From Octopus sinensis (taxonomy: Eukaryota), in the NCBI RefSeq assembly GCF_006345805.1, contig NW_021832548.1:1-64000 (forward strand): DNA of 64,000 bases. Reading direction: 5' to 3'. The translations under genes and the position numbers were made by a program. Below, piece by piece: positions 53,391 through 64,000 of the stretch. How positions within the stretch are numbered: position 1 is the first letter of the stretch; every line of letters starts with the position of its first letter. The notes under the pieces are model-generated. The model was not told the origin of the DNA and did not search any database. It saw nothing but the letters and a program-made list of their open reading frames with translations.

Positions 53391-54290
53391 TGAATCTTAC
53401 ATGAAGAAACTTGAATTTCTTAACCCGCCCGCTGAAGTAAACATGTTAGCGATCTTCAGATGTTCAGCATACATCGGTGCACCTTTTGGCGCTACTGACT
53501 TTTTATGGATTCATGAGACAAAACACCACAAATTGATAAATGTGAATAAAGTGCATGTTCGACCTTATGGAAAGTGTTTATCTCCAGCAGTGTCACTTAA
53601 TAAAATCGTTATAAGAGAGGGGGAAATTGGTAACTCAAGCATCTCATGTTCTGTATACAATGTATCACGCACTCTACAGCTCACCAAAATAACAGGTAAA
53701 CAAATTTTCTTTGTGTTATCTTCCTTAACGCGCTTTATATATTCTTGTTCATTAATATCTCCTGAAACAATATTTCTGGTTAAGTTACACCTTCCAGTAA
53801 ATTTGTACATCCACTCACGGTTATATTGACAATTATGTTTATCCTTGACAGGTATATCATTACGATTAACCAAATTTATATATTTGCTTTTTTAAGATTC
53901 TGGAGACATTTAGTTGATATAAGAAGCTGCATCCTTTAAATGCACTCTATATGACATGGTTTGCATAAAGTCCTCCTTATGGCGGAAATTGTAGTGAAAA
54001 GGTCCGTACAGTATGGAAAAAGCGGACTTTCTCTTTATATATACATACACATGCACGAACGCACGTACACACGTACCCACGCAGGGACGCACGCACACGC
54101 ACACACACATGTATACACACATGCACACACTATACACACAATAGTAGAGAAATGGTGCACCCCGTCCCACGTGGCAAAGTGGTATGACTCAGCCACTATA
54201 AAGTCAGCAATCATTTGTTGTTTGGTCAGTCAGTAGTAGCAGAGTTGTTATTTCATTTGCAGGCTAGTTAACATCTTGAATTTTTCTGTG
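53391..54290 (+). pseudogene. DEG/ENaC/ASIC-like exon relics, right-arm copy
   Basis: Strong acceptor at 53389-53390 and 146 open codons to 53829 (ML...C...GAPFGATDF, PYGKCLS). Then HYD*P, PPYGGNC (~53970) and QSCYFIC (~54240). Confidence 0.65.
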
Positions 54291-55530
54291 ATTTGAATTG
54301 TTTTTCACTGTGTTTGACTGTTTTGTGTCCGACAGCACTTCGTTTTGCTGCCTCAGGCGGCTTTGTTGACGCTTTCCTCCTTGTTTGAAAGGGGAGGCAC
54401 GGTAATGGAGCGAGAACTGAAAAGGTTAGCTCTTCAGACTTGTCGTCCGAGGGGGAACTTGTTAAAAGTTTGAAAAGTTTGACGAGGCAATGGAGGCCAA
54501 GAACTCCAGGCGGTGAAAGATAAAAGTGAGGACGTATGCTTAGAAGAATTGAATCAATTCAAGGAAATCTTTGAAATTGAGGGGAACGATGTAAAGGTGT
54601 CCCTTTCCAGTGAGACAACGGAACGAGTTAAAAGAAGAACCGTACTGTGCAGAACTTACAGTTTGTAATTGCAGCGAACAGAGGTCGCAACCACAACACA
54701 GGTTGAAAAGGCATAGAGGAATTGAAGGAAGTGAATATGGAAGGAAGTGAATATGGAAGGAAGTGAATATGGAAGGAAGTGAATTACCTTGCCAAAAGCA
54801 GAAGATAGACACGGAGAGGTGCTTTTTGCGTCGAAGTCTTGGGCCAGGTAGCATTGCGTGACTCCCTTCAAAACGGGTGAAGTGGTCTTTCTAACCATTT
54901 ACCTGGGAAGGCGTGCTTCTGGGGTAAGGGTAGAAGAGATATCTCCTTAGGTGGGTGTAGCCTGGCTGGTGGCCGCCATCCCGTTGGGAATGGCAGATAA
55001 GGTTGTGAGCTTCCAGGCCAAAAGTATACCACAAAGAAATTGGCACTAGAAATGATAATCCAGGCCGCCGTGGGAGATTCAGAGAAGATGGTAGAAACCA
55101 TCACATTTGGAGAGGATATAAAGCTGAGAGTCTTAGTGGAGAGCAGGACTCACTGTTGCTTTAAATGCGGTCAAAAGGGCACATAAAACAGGATACACTC
55201 TACCTGCCGCAAAGGAACCAACGAAAGAAAGCGCACCTCCACCGCTTGCGATGTCATGTGTGAGCAAAAAAGAACCGAAGAAGGAGGAAGATAATCAGGT
55301 GGCAGAGGAGAAACATGGATGGAATACGGCACCAAAGAAACGGAAGAGAGGGAAAAGAAGAAATCAAGGTGAAAATGTGAATTCCTACCCTACTCCCACC
55401 CTGCCCAACGCTGTCCCACCATTCCCCTGCAGTCACCAACAGCAAGTCAAAGAACAAGAACGACTATTTCTTTATTGCCCACAGGGGTTAAACATACAGG
55501 GGACGATATAAATGAGGGAGGAGTGGATAA
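54290..55530 (+). mobile_element. Tx1/L1-clade LINE 5' region and ORF1, degenerate
   Basis: CCFKCGQKGHIK knuckle; mirror of 1917-3170. Confidence 0.72.
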
Positions 55531-55559
55531 AACGAATGATTTTACAAAAGATGAATAGT

Positions 55560-57335
55560 TAAAAATTTACGTTAAGAATTTTTATAAATAGGATGATACC
55601 AAACAATAACCATACAATGAAGTGGAGGACGAGTTTCGCTTCGACCCCGCAAACCCCGTGCCACCATTGTAACCCTTTTGTATAACCTTATTGATATACT
55701 ATGCGGATTCTTCATTCTCAACAAAGTCGCTACAGCTTTCATCGTTTTCCGTATAAATCAGGTGACAGGCATTTTATCTCCACCCTTATTTTTCCCTTAA
55801 GATGGTAGATGAGGAATTAACCAGTCCAAGGCTGGAGATGAAGTTGCCTCTCACGATTCTTTTCACGTGGGTCTTCCATACTACTTCTTTCGGTATAGCG
55901 ACCACAATGAGAAAACGAGCCATGCCTTCTTTGTTAAAAGAGGAAGCAGGAACAATCTATACAATCGACGCGAAAGACAGCTGTACTCCTCCCAGCCGCG
56001 TCAGCGGGTGTTCAAGGTAAACCCACATTTCGGAAATTTTGGGTCATTGTACAATCGCGTGCAGAACAGTTTCCCTGTCCTGCTCGCATCTTGGGCGCGC
56101 GAATTGGTAAGGCTCCTCAGTAACACTGCCAGGCGGAGAATCTTTGGAAGTTATCCAAGGGTCCTGGCCCAAAGTCCTTCGGAACAGACAGGCTAGTTGA
56201 CCATCATCGAAGCCTAGAATCTTCCCCCACATCGTCGTCACACTGAACCTCAACCAACCCTCTATAAAAATACGAGGTGGAACCCCCTCCGCTGGCGTTG
56301 TCCATGTGACAGAGAAGCTTGAGTGCCTCACAACACTTCGCTTGCCAAGCACTCAACTATCGTCTACACTTGACCCAAGGTCCTAGTTCACCCAAACTAG
56401 TAAGCTTAGTAAATAACACACCGACCGAACGGAGACCACACCTGTTCACTATCCAGGTAGAGACACAGATAACTCAGCATCAGCGCACGTCTGCGAATCA
56501 ACAGCCAAGACATCCCTTGCGCACCATTTAGCGGGTGCTGGCAGCAGACAGAGCGCTTTACAAGAGGACTTCTACTCCACAAAAAACGGAAGAGCAGCCC
56601 CTCTAAATTGATCAGCCACGAACGGGGGCAAGGCACGACGGTTAGGCGGTAGGTAATCACAGAAGCGATAAACACAACTGAGACCTCTGCCCTTCCTTTC
56701 AGGGAGAGCCGCTACTCAGACCTCGCTCCAATACTTTATCTGGAGATCTGGACAAAACTAAACCCCTAACATTTTAACCAGCCCCTCCTTCCAACGCCCT
56801 ACAATGTTGTTGGGAGGTATCGTCTTGCCTTGCCAGGTGCCGAGTTGCAAGCCGATTGACTTATTCCAGTTAACTTTTGCTCCTGCCTCATAGCCTTTAA
56901 TAGCGTTGCCTACCCTCTGTAGGTGTACCATTTCGGACACTATGGTGGTGATGTCATTCGCATACGCCGAAACATTCCCACTGCAACCTAGATCTCGTGG
57001 GACGCAGTTTAATCTCTCCAACTTCCGCAGCAAGAACTCTAGAGCCAATACATACAGAAGTGGGGAGAGAGGACACCTTTGACGAACAGAGTGCTTGATG
57101 TTGAACGGCTTCAAGAAGAACCCGTTCGCCCGAACGATGGAGTCAATGTTACTGTATAAAGCAATGATCCACCCTCTAAAGACGGGGCCGACCCCAAATG
57201 CTGTGAGGACCAACACCGGATACCGATGGTCAACCTTGTCAAAAGCTTTCGACTGGTTGAAATGGACCAGCACCCCACCCTTGCTAGGAAACTCGTTAAC
57301 ACGTGTTTTTACGCCAAACGGAATGTGCCGTTTAT
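55560..57335 (-). mobile_element. Tx1/L1-clade LINE ORF2 3' half, degenerate
   Basis: NQSKAFDKVDH, SVRQRCPLSP, AYANDIT; mirror of 60-1900. Confidence 0.87.
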
Positions 57336-57669
57336 GGCGTTAGACCACGTGAATAAAGTGCTGGAAAGATTATGTCTTGATAAAATTGAAAAAGTCGACC
57401 ATATTAAGGCAAATTGCCCCCTTCTCGATAACCAAACACAAATGAGGGTGAGACAGGAGGAAAGCAGTAGCAACGAGAAGCTGAAGGAAGATACAGAGGA
57501 GGAAAATACAGATGAAGTCCAAGAAACACTACGGGAAAAGTCTCCAAGAACTCCCCACCCTCTAAGAACGCTGAAAAAAGAAGACAAAGTAACTGAGTGA
57601 CACACAAACGCCCACACAGCGACTAACACACGAAAATATATACCAGACAGTCCAAATATATACCAATAT

Positions 57670-57931
57670 ATACCAGACTTGCGCGAGCCAACTTTTGATA
57701 CCGAATGTTCAGGTTGCGCGAGTTGTATTCTCGACTTGCGCTTGTTGAGAAAATGTTTATTATCCATGGTTGCATTGTATTGTCTGTTATCTTGTTATCT
57801 ATTCATCATTTCAAATATACATAAAGTAAAAATAATTGTGTTTGAGTAATTGATAACAGTATCTGGTACTCGACTATCGCGAATTTCGAATTGCGCGTCC
57901 CCCAATTACTCGCGCAAGTCGAGGAATCCCT
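57670..57931 (-). mobile_element. Tigger/pogo-like MITE fragment
   Basis: End TA-CAGGGATTCCTCGACTTGCGCG with internal repeats of GACTTGCGC; the other end is not seen. Confidence 0.5.
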
Positions 57932-58728
57932 GTATACACACCACGTACATACAGTCCAGTAACACCAATAAATTATTCACAAGCACTCACAAACACTTCA
58001 CGTAGTGACGGTACAGATTCACTAAGTGATTACGCACGGGCAGGCATACAAGCAGACACAAGAAACACAAAACAATGATAAAAACAGAGCATTTATAACA
58101 CACTACTGGATGAATGCAGCCATAGAGGAAAAAATAGGGAAGATGACGGCAGTAATTAGAGATATAGAAGAAGAAAACATGAGAGACCCAGGTATGGGAT
58201 GAATTTTAATTGACAGGAAAAACTATAAAAAATTAAAAGCAAACTGTGGGGACGAAGTAAACCCATTAGGGGTAGAAATAAGACACGATCCTCTGCCTCC
58301 TGTGTTGGATTTCGAAAAACTGAAACCGCTTTCCATTTGCTAAGATAATTATTCGGATAAACGTTGGATTAAAAATAGTGTAATATATAGCTAAAATGGT
58401 ACTACACGGAAGTGGGTTGGAGAGTAGCCATTAAATCTTCATTTTTATAGAATTTCATTTCATTCATCCGTTTATGTTGTTTGTCCCACTTGTGCTGTCT
58501 AGTCTGTCCTTGTTCGTCCCCTCTCTGTATGCCCTTGTAGGCAATAGAGAAACAAGGTCAGTCAGTAGTAGAGAAACATTTGGGGAGTTAAGTTGTATCA
58601 TTTGCTGGCGTTATATTGTTGTTTAATTGTTGTAGTGTTCCTTGAACACTTAAGTTTGTGCTGTCTTGCGGCATTTTATATGTGATTTCCCTCCTCATAG
58701 AAGAAGGTAGACTGAATAAAAAGAAAAT

Positions 58729-59440
58729 ATGTCAGAAGAGGAAGATATCAGCTACTCAGAGCTGTCCTCGTCGGAACAGTCGGAGCAATCGTCGTCGTCA
58801 GAGATTTCGTGGAGTACAATAGAGAAACTGAACGAAGAACGGATAACAGAGAAGAAAAACTTCGCAGAAATCGCAAAGTGTAAGGAATATCAAATCGGAT
58901 GGGGAAAATGGAGAAATTACATGACAATGATGGGTCACGAAGGATTTAATGTGGAATTGAACCGCCTCAGAAGAAATGGTTAAAAATAGGAAGGAATGTA
59001 CAATTATATACAAGACGCATTCCGTAGATGCTGGGAAGATAGACATAATGACTACTTACAGAATAGAGAAGGCACTAAGGCCAATCTGGCAAGAGATAAC
59101 GTATCTTACCTGGGGCAAGTATGGAAATGTAGAGGTGAGATTTAAAGAGGCAGAAAAGGCAAGGGAGATCGCGGCAACCATTATAAAGAGTGATGAAGTG
59201 ATACTATTATATATGTACCATAGAAGGCGTGCTTTAAAAGTTAGCGTAGAGGGAATCCCACCAGAAGTTGACGTGGTCCGGATAGCAGCCCCTGTCCTAC
59301 ATGGAAATGAGAAAGAGATAGCGGTTCTCCAGGCCACAACGACGGAAAGTAGGCATTGCGAAGGCCAAACCTTAAACACGGTCATTCAAGCGCCAAAGAA
59401 AACTATTGAGAAAATGCCAGAAACGATAACGATAGATGAT
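58729..59440 (+). mobile_element. Divergent Tx1-like ORF1 relic
   Basis: TLNTVIQAPKKTIEKMPETITI resembles LEMI.QAA...EKMVETIT of the ORF1 at ~55050; truncated. Confidence 0.5.
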
Positions 59441-59779
59441 GTAATAATGGCCCGATTTCAATCAAATTTTCAACATAGTAAAGTGGAAGCGGATTTGTAA
59501 TTTAAGCGTGGAAATGGGTTCAAAGTTTGAAAATTAAGGCAATATTTCTGAAGTTGAAAAAAAATTTCTCATTTTTACGTATTTTTGCTCTTTACTTTTT
59601 ATTGTTTACAGTTTAGAGCTTTCATTTGCATGGCCAATCGTCGAAAACTTCACAAAATAAGTACTAAATTTAACAAAGAAATCCATTTTTTCCTTATTTT
59701 TAATCACTCAAATAGTGACACGTACAAAAGGCATGTGTGCTTTCCGTTTTCACTGCCTGATATTTATGATTGATCTTTC

Positions 59780-60034
59780 AAAATATTTCCTTTCTCAACT
59801 TACTCAAGATCTTTTGTTTTTTATAAATGGGAGAGAGATAGATAAAGAAAGATAGAGAGTGAGAGAAAGCGAGGAAGAGTCCGAGAGAAAGGAAGAGTAA
59901 GAGAGTGGGAAAGTGAGAGAGAAAAGAGAGAGAGAAACAAAGAGGGAGAATGTGGTGATAAGAACAGAAAGGAGGCAACAGAAAGTAACACCACACCCTC
60001 ACCCGCACGTATATAGCGGGTCACCTTAAGCTAG
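59780..60034 (+). mobile_element. Helitron-like 3' end
   Basis: Hairpin cccgcacgtatatagcggg followed by CTAG then T at 60031-60035; 5' limit uncertain. Confidence 0.5.
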
Positions 60035-61120
60035 TAACATATATTTTTGCGATTTATTTACTTTGTTTCTTTGTTCTATGTCCCCACAAAGAGACATAGA
60101 ACAAACGAAACAAATTAAAGACATCTTCGTTGGAGCAGAATACAGCTGAGTTTAGACAGCAAGAGAAAAGAGAACTACATGTCTGCATCCTGAAGGAATT
60201 TCTATGCGTTAAATAGCAGCTAAATCTCCCTGATGCCTATTCTATCGTACTAGTAAAAGAAAGTTTCATTCGACTATGAAGGCTTAGCTATAAAAGTAAA
60301 AATTCAAAAACACTAACATAATCTCTCTAATTATATCTTTTCATTTAAAAAGTATGAATAACTCTCGTTAATATAATTCAAACCATGTCTAAAGTAAAAG
60401 ACAGGGTGTTTACGGAGGGAAAATCTTTGATCATAGGTCAAAGTTATCAGGAATGATCTTAAGATCAGCAACGTAATTCGACTGGTTCCAGCAATTTGAC
60501 ATAAGAAGAATACTTCACGAGAATGCTTCAGTTTGTCTGTCTGGCATACAATAGGTACTAGTTCATATTTCAGAGATGAGGAGCTTGCAGTAGAAAAATA
60601 TAGAGCGTGGCAAGTCAACATAGAAATAAACAAGAACACATACTATAAACCAAAAATTTCAATACCGGTATAAAAGATTTATATTAAACAAAAGGAGAAA
60701 GATTGAATGAATTTCAGTTCAGGATCAAAATTTGATCATACTTTTCGATTGTAGATCTGGTTAAATATATATATATATATATATAGTAATCCAACATAAA
60801 AACACAAAGAGAAAACACAACAACGCGAGGACGTGGAACAACTATAGTATTATTGGACGCTCAGGAAGGAAGGGAAGAAGGAGGGTTTAACGTTTCGGGC
60901 GGAGCTCTTCCTCTGAAATATAGGAGAAGGAAAGATCCAGGGAAGGGAGGACGGAGGAAAAAAATCGCCAACGGTACACACGCGGTCACATTTTGAATGA
61001 TAAACATTTTGATTTCATTTCCAATTTGGAAAACAAAACTGCATTGAAAACTAAGATAAAAACATAAATATTATGTTTCTATATATTATTTTGTTTATAA
61101 TTTTTAATTTTTATTTCTAG

Positions 61121-61153
61121 GTACTGAGCAGAAAGCAATCAGAGACAATGCAG
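61121..61153 (+). other. Putative 33 nt symmetric (phase 1) micro-exon
   Basis: T-rich tract with TTCTAG acceptor and CAG|GTATCT donor; encodes GTEQKAIRDNA. Confidence 0.35.
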
Positions 61154-61439
61154 GTATCTTTTATCTTCTAACTTTTGCTTCTTTCAGTTACTGGATGGTG
61201 GCCATGCTGGGCTATTTTCTAATAGTCTTTGTCGTACTTATTCCCGAACTGATACGTTGTGGGCACGTAAACAAATCAACACTGGTTTTCCAGTGATGGT
61301 GGGGAACAAACACTAATATACACATATATACATACATACATACACACGCTACACACACTCACACACACATACACACCGACAGCGCGCGCACACAAATATA
61401 TACACGACATTCTTGGGTCAAGCATAGACCTATGCAGGG

Positions 61440-62010
61440 TATCTGACACCTAGTGTGACATCAGGCGCTCACACCTCTGTCAGCAGGGTATTGGTCTTAG
61501 TGGACGTTGTACCGAGACCATCTACACACAATTGGTGGAGAGTAAAAGTGACAACATCCTCTAGGAATCTCTGAGTGTCAATGAAGGCCAACTGCCTAGT
61601 CGTTTTCGAAGAAGATTTGCGCCGGGTTCCATTGATAATTTACAAAAATTCCTTGCCTGGCAGTGCTACAGAATAACATTGCCGATTCGTAATAAAATGA
61701 ACCGGCATGATATTCCCCTCAGCTGCGCTTGCCCTTGATGCACATTGCATGTGAAAGATGATGCGATTAATGAGAAAGAGACCAAACCTTCATTGACGTT
61801 TCAAGTTAAAAGAAAAGTGAGCGTGGAGTGCAAGGTCCTTCCTCCCAGTAAAACTGTTACACCGTGGATGAATATAGCAAGAATGGCTCGAGTGAATTGT
61901 CGTAACCTAAGCGTGCCCATGTAGTTACAGAAGCATGGAGGAGAGAGAAACACAACAGTATTCCTGGTAACAGGGTGACTCAGGATTACTTGGTACTGTG
62001 AGGTTACTTG
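61440..62010 (-). pseudogene. DEG/ENaC/ASIC-like large exon relic, paralog of 15851-16530
   Basis: ILSHPVT...FCNY, VHFITNRQCYSV, VTFTLH..CVDGLG and V*APD in order; ~62% nucleotide identity to the left paralog over the 156 nt I aligned. Confidence 0.65.
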
Positions 62011-62374
62011 GTTACTGTGAGGTTACTTGGGTAGCGTTTCCCTTTTAATTGGGAATTTTGTTGTTTTGATTTTCTTCTGATTATTTATTGTTTACATGTG
62101 TTTATGTAAATCTCCATTATCCCTGATTACTGTTTCTGAGGCTGCGAGCTGGTAGATTCATGAGCACGCCGTAACAAATGCTTGACGGCATTTTGTCCGG
62201 CTTTCTGCGTTAAAATGCCACCGAAGTTGACTTTACTTTTCATTCTTTCAGAGTCAATGAAATAAGCACCAATTGAATACTGGAGTTGATGTAATCGATG
62301 TCCACCTTCACCAAAGTTTTTGGTCTTGTACCAAAATTAAAATGAAACGGGCTTTTTTTTTCTTTCTATTACAG

Positions 62375-62492
62375 ATAAATTATATGATGCAAATATTATT
62401 ACTAAGATTTTGAAATTTGCAGCAACACTGCTTGTTATTGGCCATTTTCATTAAGGATTTCGGAAAACAAGCCCCAGCAGAATCAAAAAGTG
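62375..62492 (+). pseudogene. DEG/ENaC-like pre-TM2 exon relic
   Basis: Splice sites conserved with 16877; CLLLAIFIKDF resembles ILVLDIFFEVL; phase fits the acceptor at 63891. Confidence 0.5.
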
Positions 62493-62559
62493 GTTAGTAT
62501 TGTATTTTTCATTTTCGTTCCTTTGATTTTGTTATTCTTCTATATAATATATTTCTTTA

Positions 62560-62770
62560 CTACCCACAAGGGGCTAAACACAGAGGGGACAAAAAAGGAC
62601 AGATTAAGTCGATTACATCGACCCCGGTGCGTAACTGGTACTTAATTTATCGACGCCGAAAAGATGAAAGGCAAAGTCGATCTCGGCGGAATTTGAACTC
62701 AGAACGTAACGGCAGACGAAATACGGCTACGCATTTCGCCCCGCATGCTAACGTTTCTGCCAGCTCGCCG
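62560..62770 (-). mobile_element. SINE (13021 family)
   Basis: Head-to-tail match on the minus strand. Confidence 0.8.
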
Positions 62771-62814
62771 CCGTTCTTCTATATAATATTATTGATTAAG
62801 TTTGCGATTATGTC

Positions 62815-63060
62815 GCAGTGGAAATGGTATACCCCTCCCACGGGACAAATGGTATGATTCAGCCACTATAAAGTGCGACGACGTCAACCAGTACGGGTAG
62901 TCGTCTATCAGCCGTTGTAGAATCGTTGCACGAGTTCTCTGTTGGAGTTAAGTGTCAGTTAAGGGTTATAGTCGAGTTCGACTCAACAGTGATGGTAGGC
63001 GGTTCAAAGAGGCTGTTTTGCAGAGCTATCAGCAATAGCACGATAGACGAAGCGATGTAT
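62815..63060 (+). pseudogene. ASIC-like thumb-domain exon relic
   Basis: SSISRCRI(D)C.TSSLLE.KCQ.RVI across two frameshifts resembles [24 protein letters not shown]; the 5' part matches 54145-54205. Confidence 0.55.
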
Positions 63061-63499
63061 TACTACTCGGTATAGAAGAGATAAACTGTATCCGATACCA
63101 GAAAAATGGCCACTATAGTAGATACAAAAGCTACAGTCACAAGAGGCACCACACATTATAGATATGGAAAACACCACATCATAACAGCTTACTGCATTGG
63201 TTTTATTCTAAACTCATCGTTATGGTCATTCTTCTTTAATATTTATATAAACATTCATCGAGCAAAAGCATTCGATTACTGAACATCCCATGTTTTCACG
63301 GGCGTAGATAATCTTGTTTACTTGTTTCAGTCATTGGACTGCGACCACGCTTGGCTACCAGCTTAAACTGTCGAACAAAGAGACGTCACTACCTATTTTT
63401 AAGTTTGGTACTTATTCGATTATCACTTTTACCAAACCTCTAAATTATGGATCCGTATTTAAGCAACACCAGTCGTGAAGCGCTGGCTGAAGTTAAATA

Positions 63500-63850
63500 C
63501 ATACGTACGTACATACATACATACATACATACGTACATACATACATACATACATACATACATTCTCTCTCACTTTCACTCACACAATTACATACATACAT
63601 ACATACACATATACATACATACATACATACATACATACATACATACATACATACATACATTCATATATACATACATTCATACATACATACATACATACAT
63701 ACATACATGCATGCATACATACATACATACATACATACATACATACATACATACATACATACATGCATACATAGGTACATACATACGTGCATGCATGCAT
63801 ACATACATACATACATACATAACATACATACATACATACATACATACACG
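63500..63850. repeat. (TACA)n microsatellite
   Basis: Direct reading; paralogous to the tract at 17378-17445. Confidence 0.95.
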
Positions 63851-63891
63851 TATAATTTCTTTCTAAGTTGGCAATGCTTTCTTTTTTACAG

Positions 63892-64000
63892 GTTATTTCG
63901 AAACTTCCAACCGAAAATTAACTCACGTTTTCTCCGGAAATAAATATTTGACTCCATACTATATATTGTGTTCCTTCTGCAGTTAGTGCTTGTTGATTTC
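63892..64000 (+). pseudogene. DEG/ENaC-like TM2 exon relic (runs off window)
   Basis: Acceptor ttttttacag; VFSGNKYLT has the spacing of LFIGASILT; paralog of 20439. Confidence 0.4.

Noticed and set aside
60400-60660. Further channel exon (SYFRDEELAVEKY)
   Set aside because: Only a faint resemblance to the pre-TM2 region, with no clear splice sites or paralog; too weak to call.

Overview
AT-rich, microsatellite-dense eukaryotic DNA. Its tRNA-derived SINEs and repeat landscape look like an octopod cephalopod; this is inference. I find no intact protein-coding gene, rRNA, true tRNA or CRISPR array. Two structures organise the window. (1) A large inverted segmental duplication: left arm 1-15850 (it runs off the window start) and right arm ~38542-57392. 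The arms are ~8% diverged in the one exon I counted, carry arm-specific insertions and enclose a ~22.7 kb spacer. (2) Scattered, rearranged, mostly broken exons whose translations carry DEG/ENaC/ASIC-type motifs in at least five places on both strands, suggesting a decayed ion-channel gene cluster. The rest is transposon debris: Tx1/L1, RTE and CR1-like LINEs, Penelope-like elements with hammerhead ribozyme motifs, two mariners, a same-strand Helitron cluster, hAT, Merlin-like and Tigger-like MITEs, and SINEs. All alignments were made by eye and family motifs are recalled from memory, so the ion-channel call needs a profile search.
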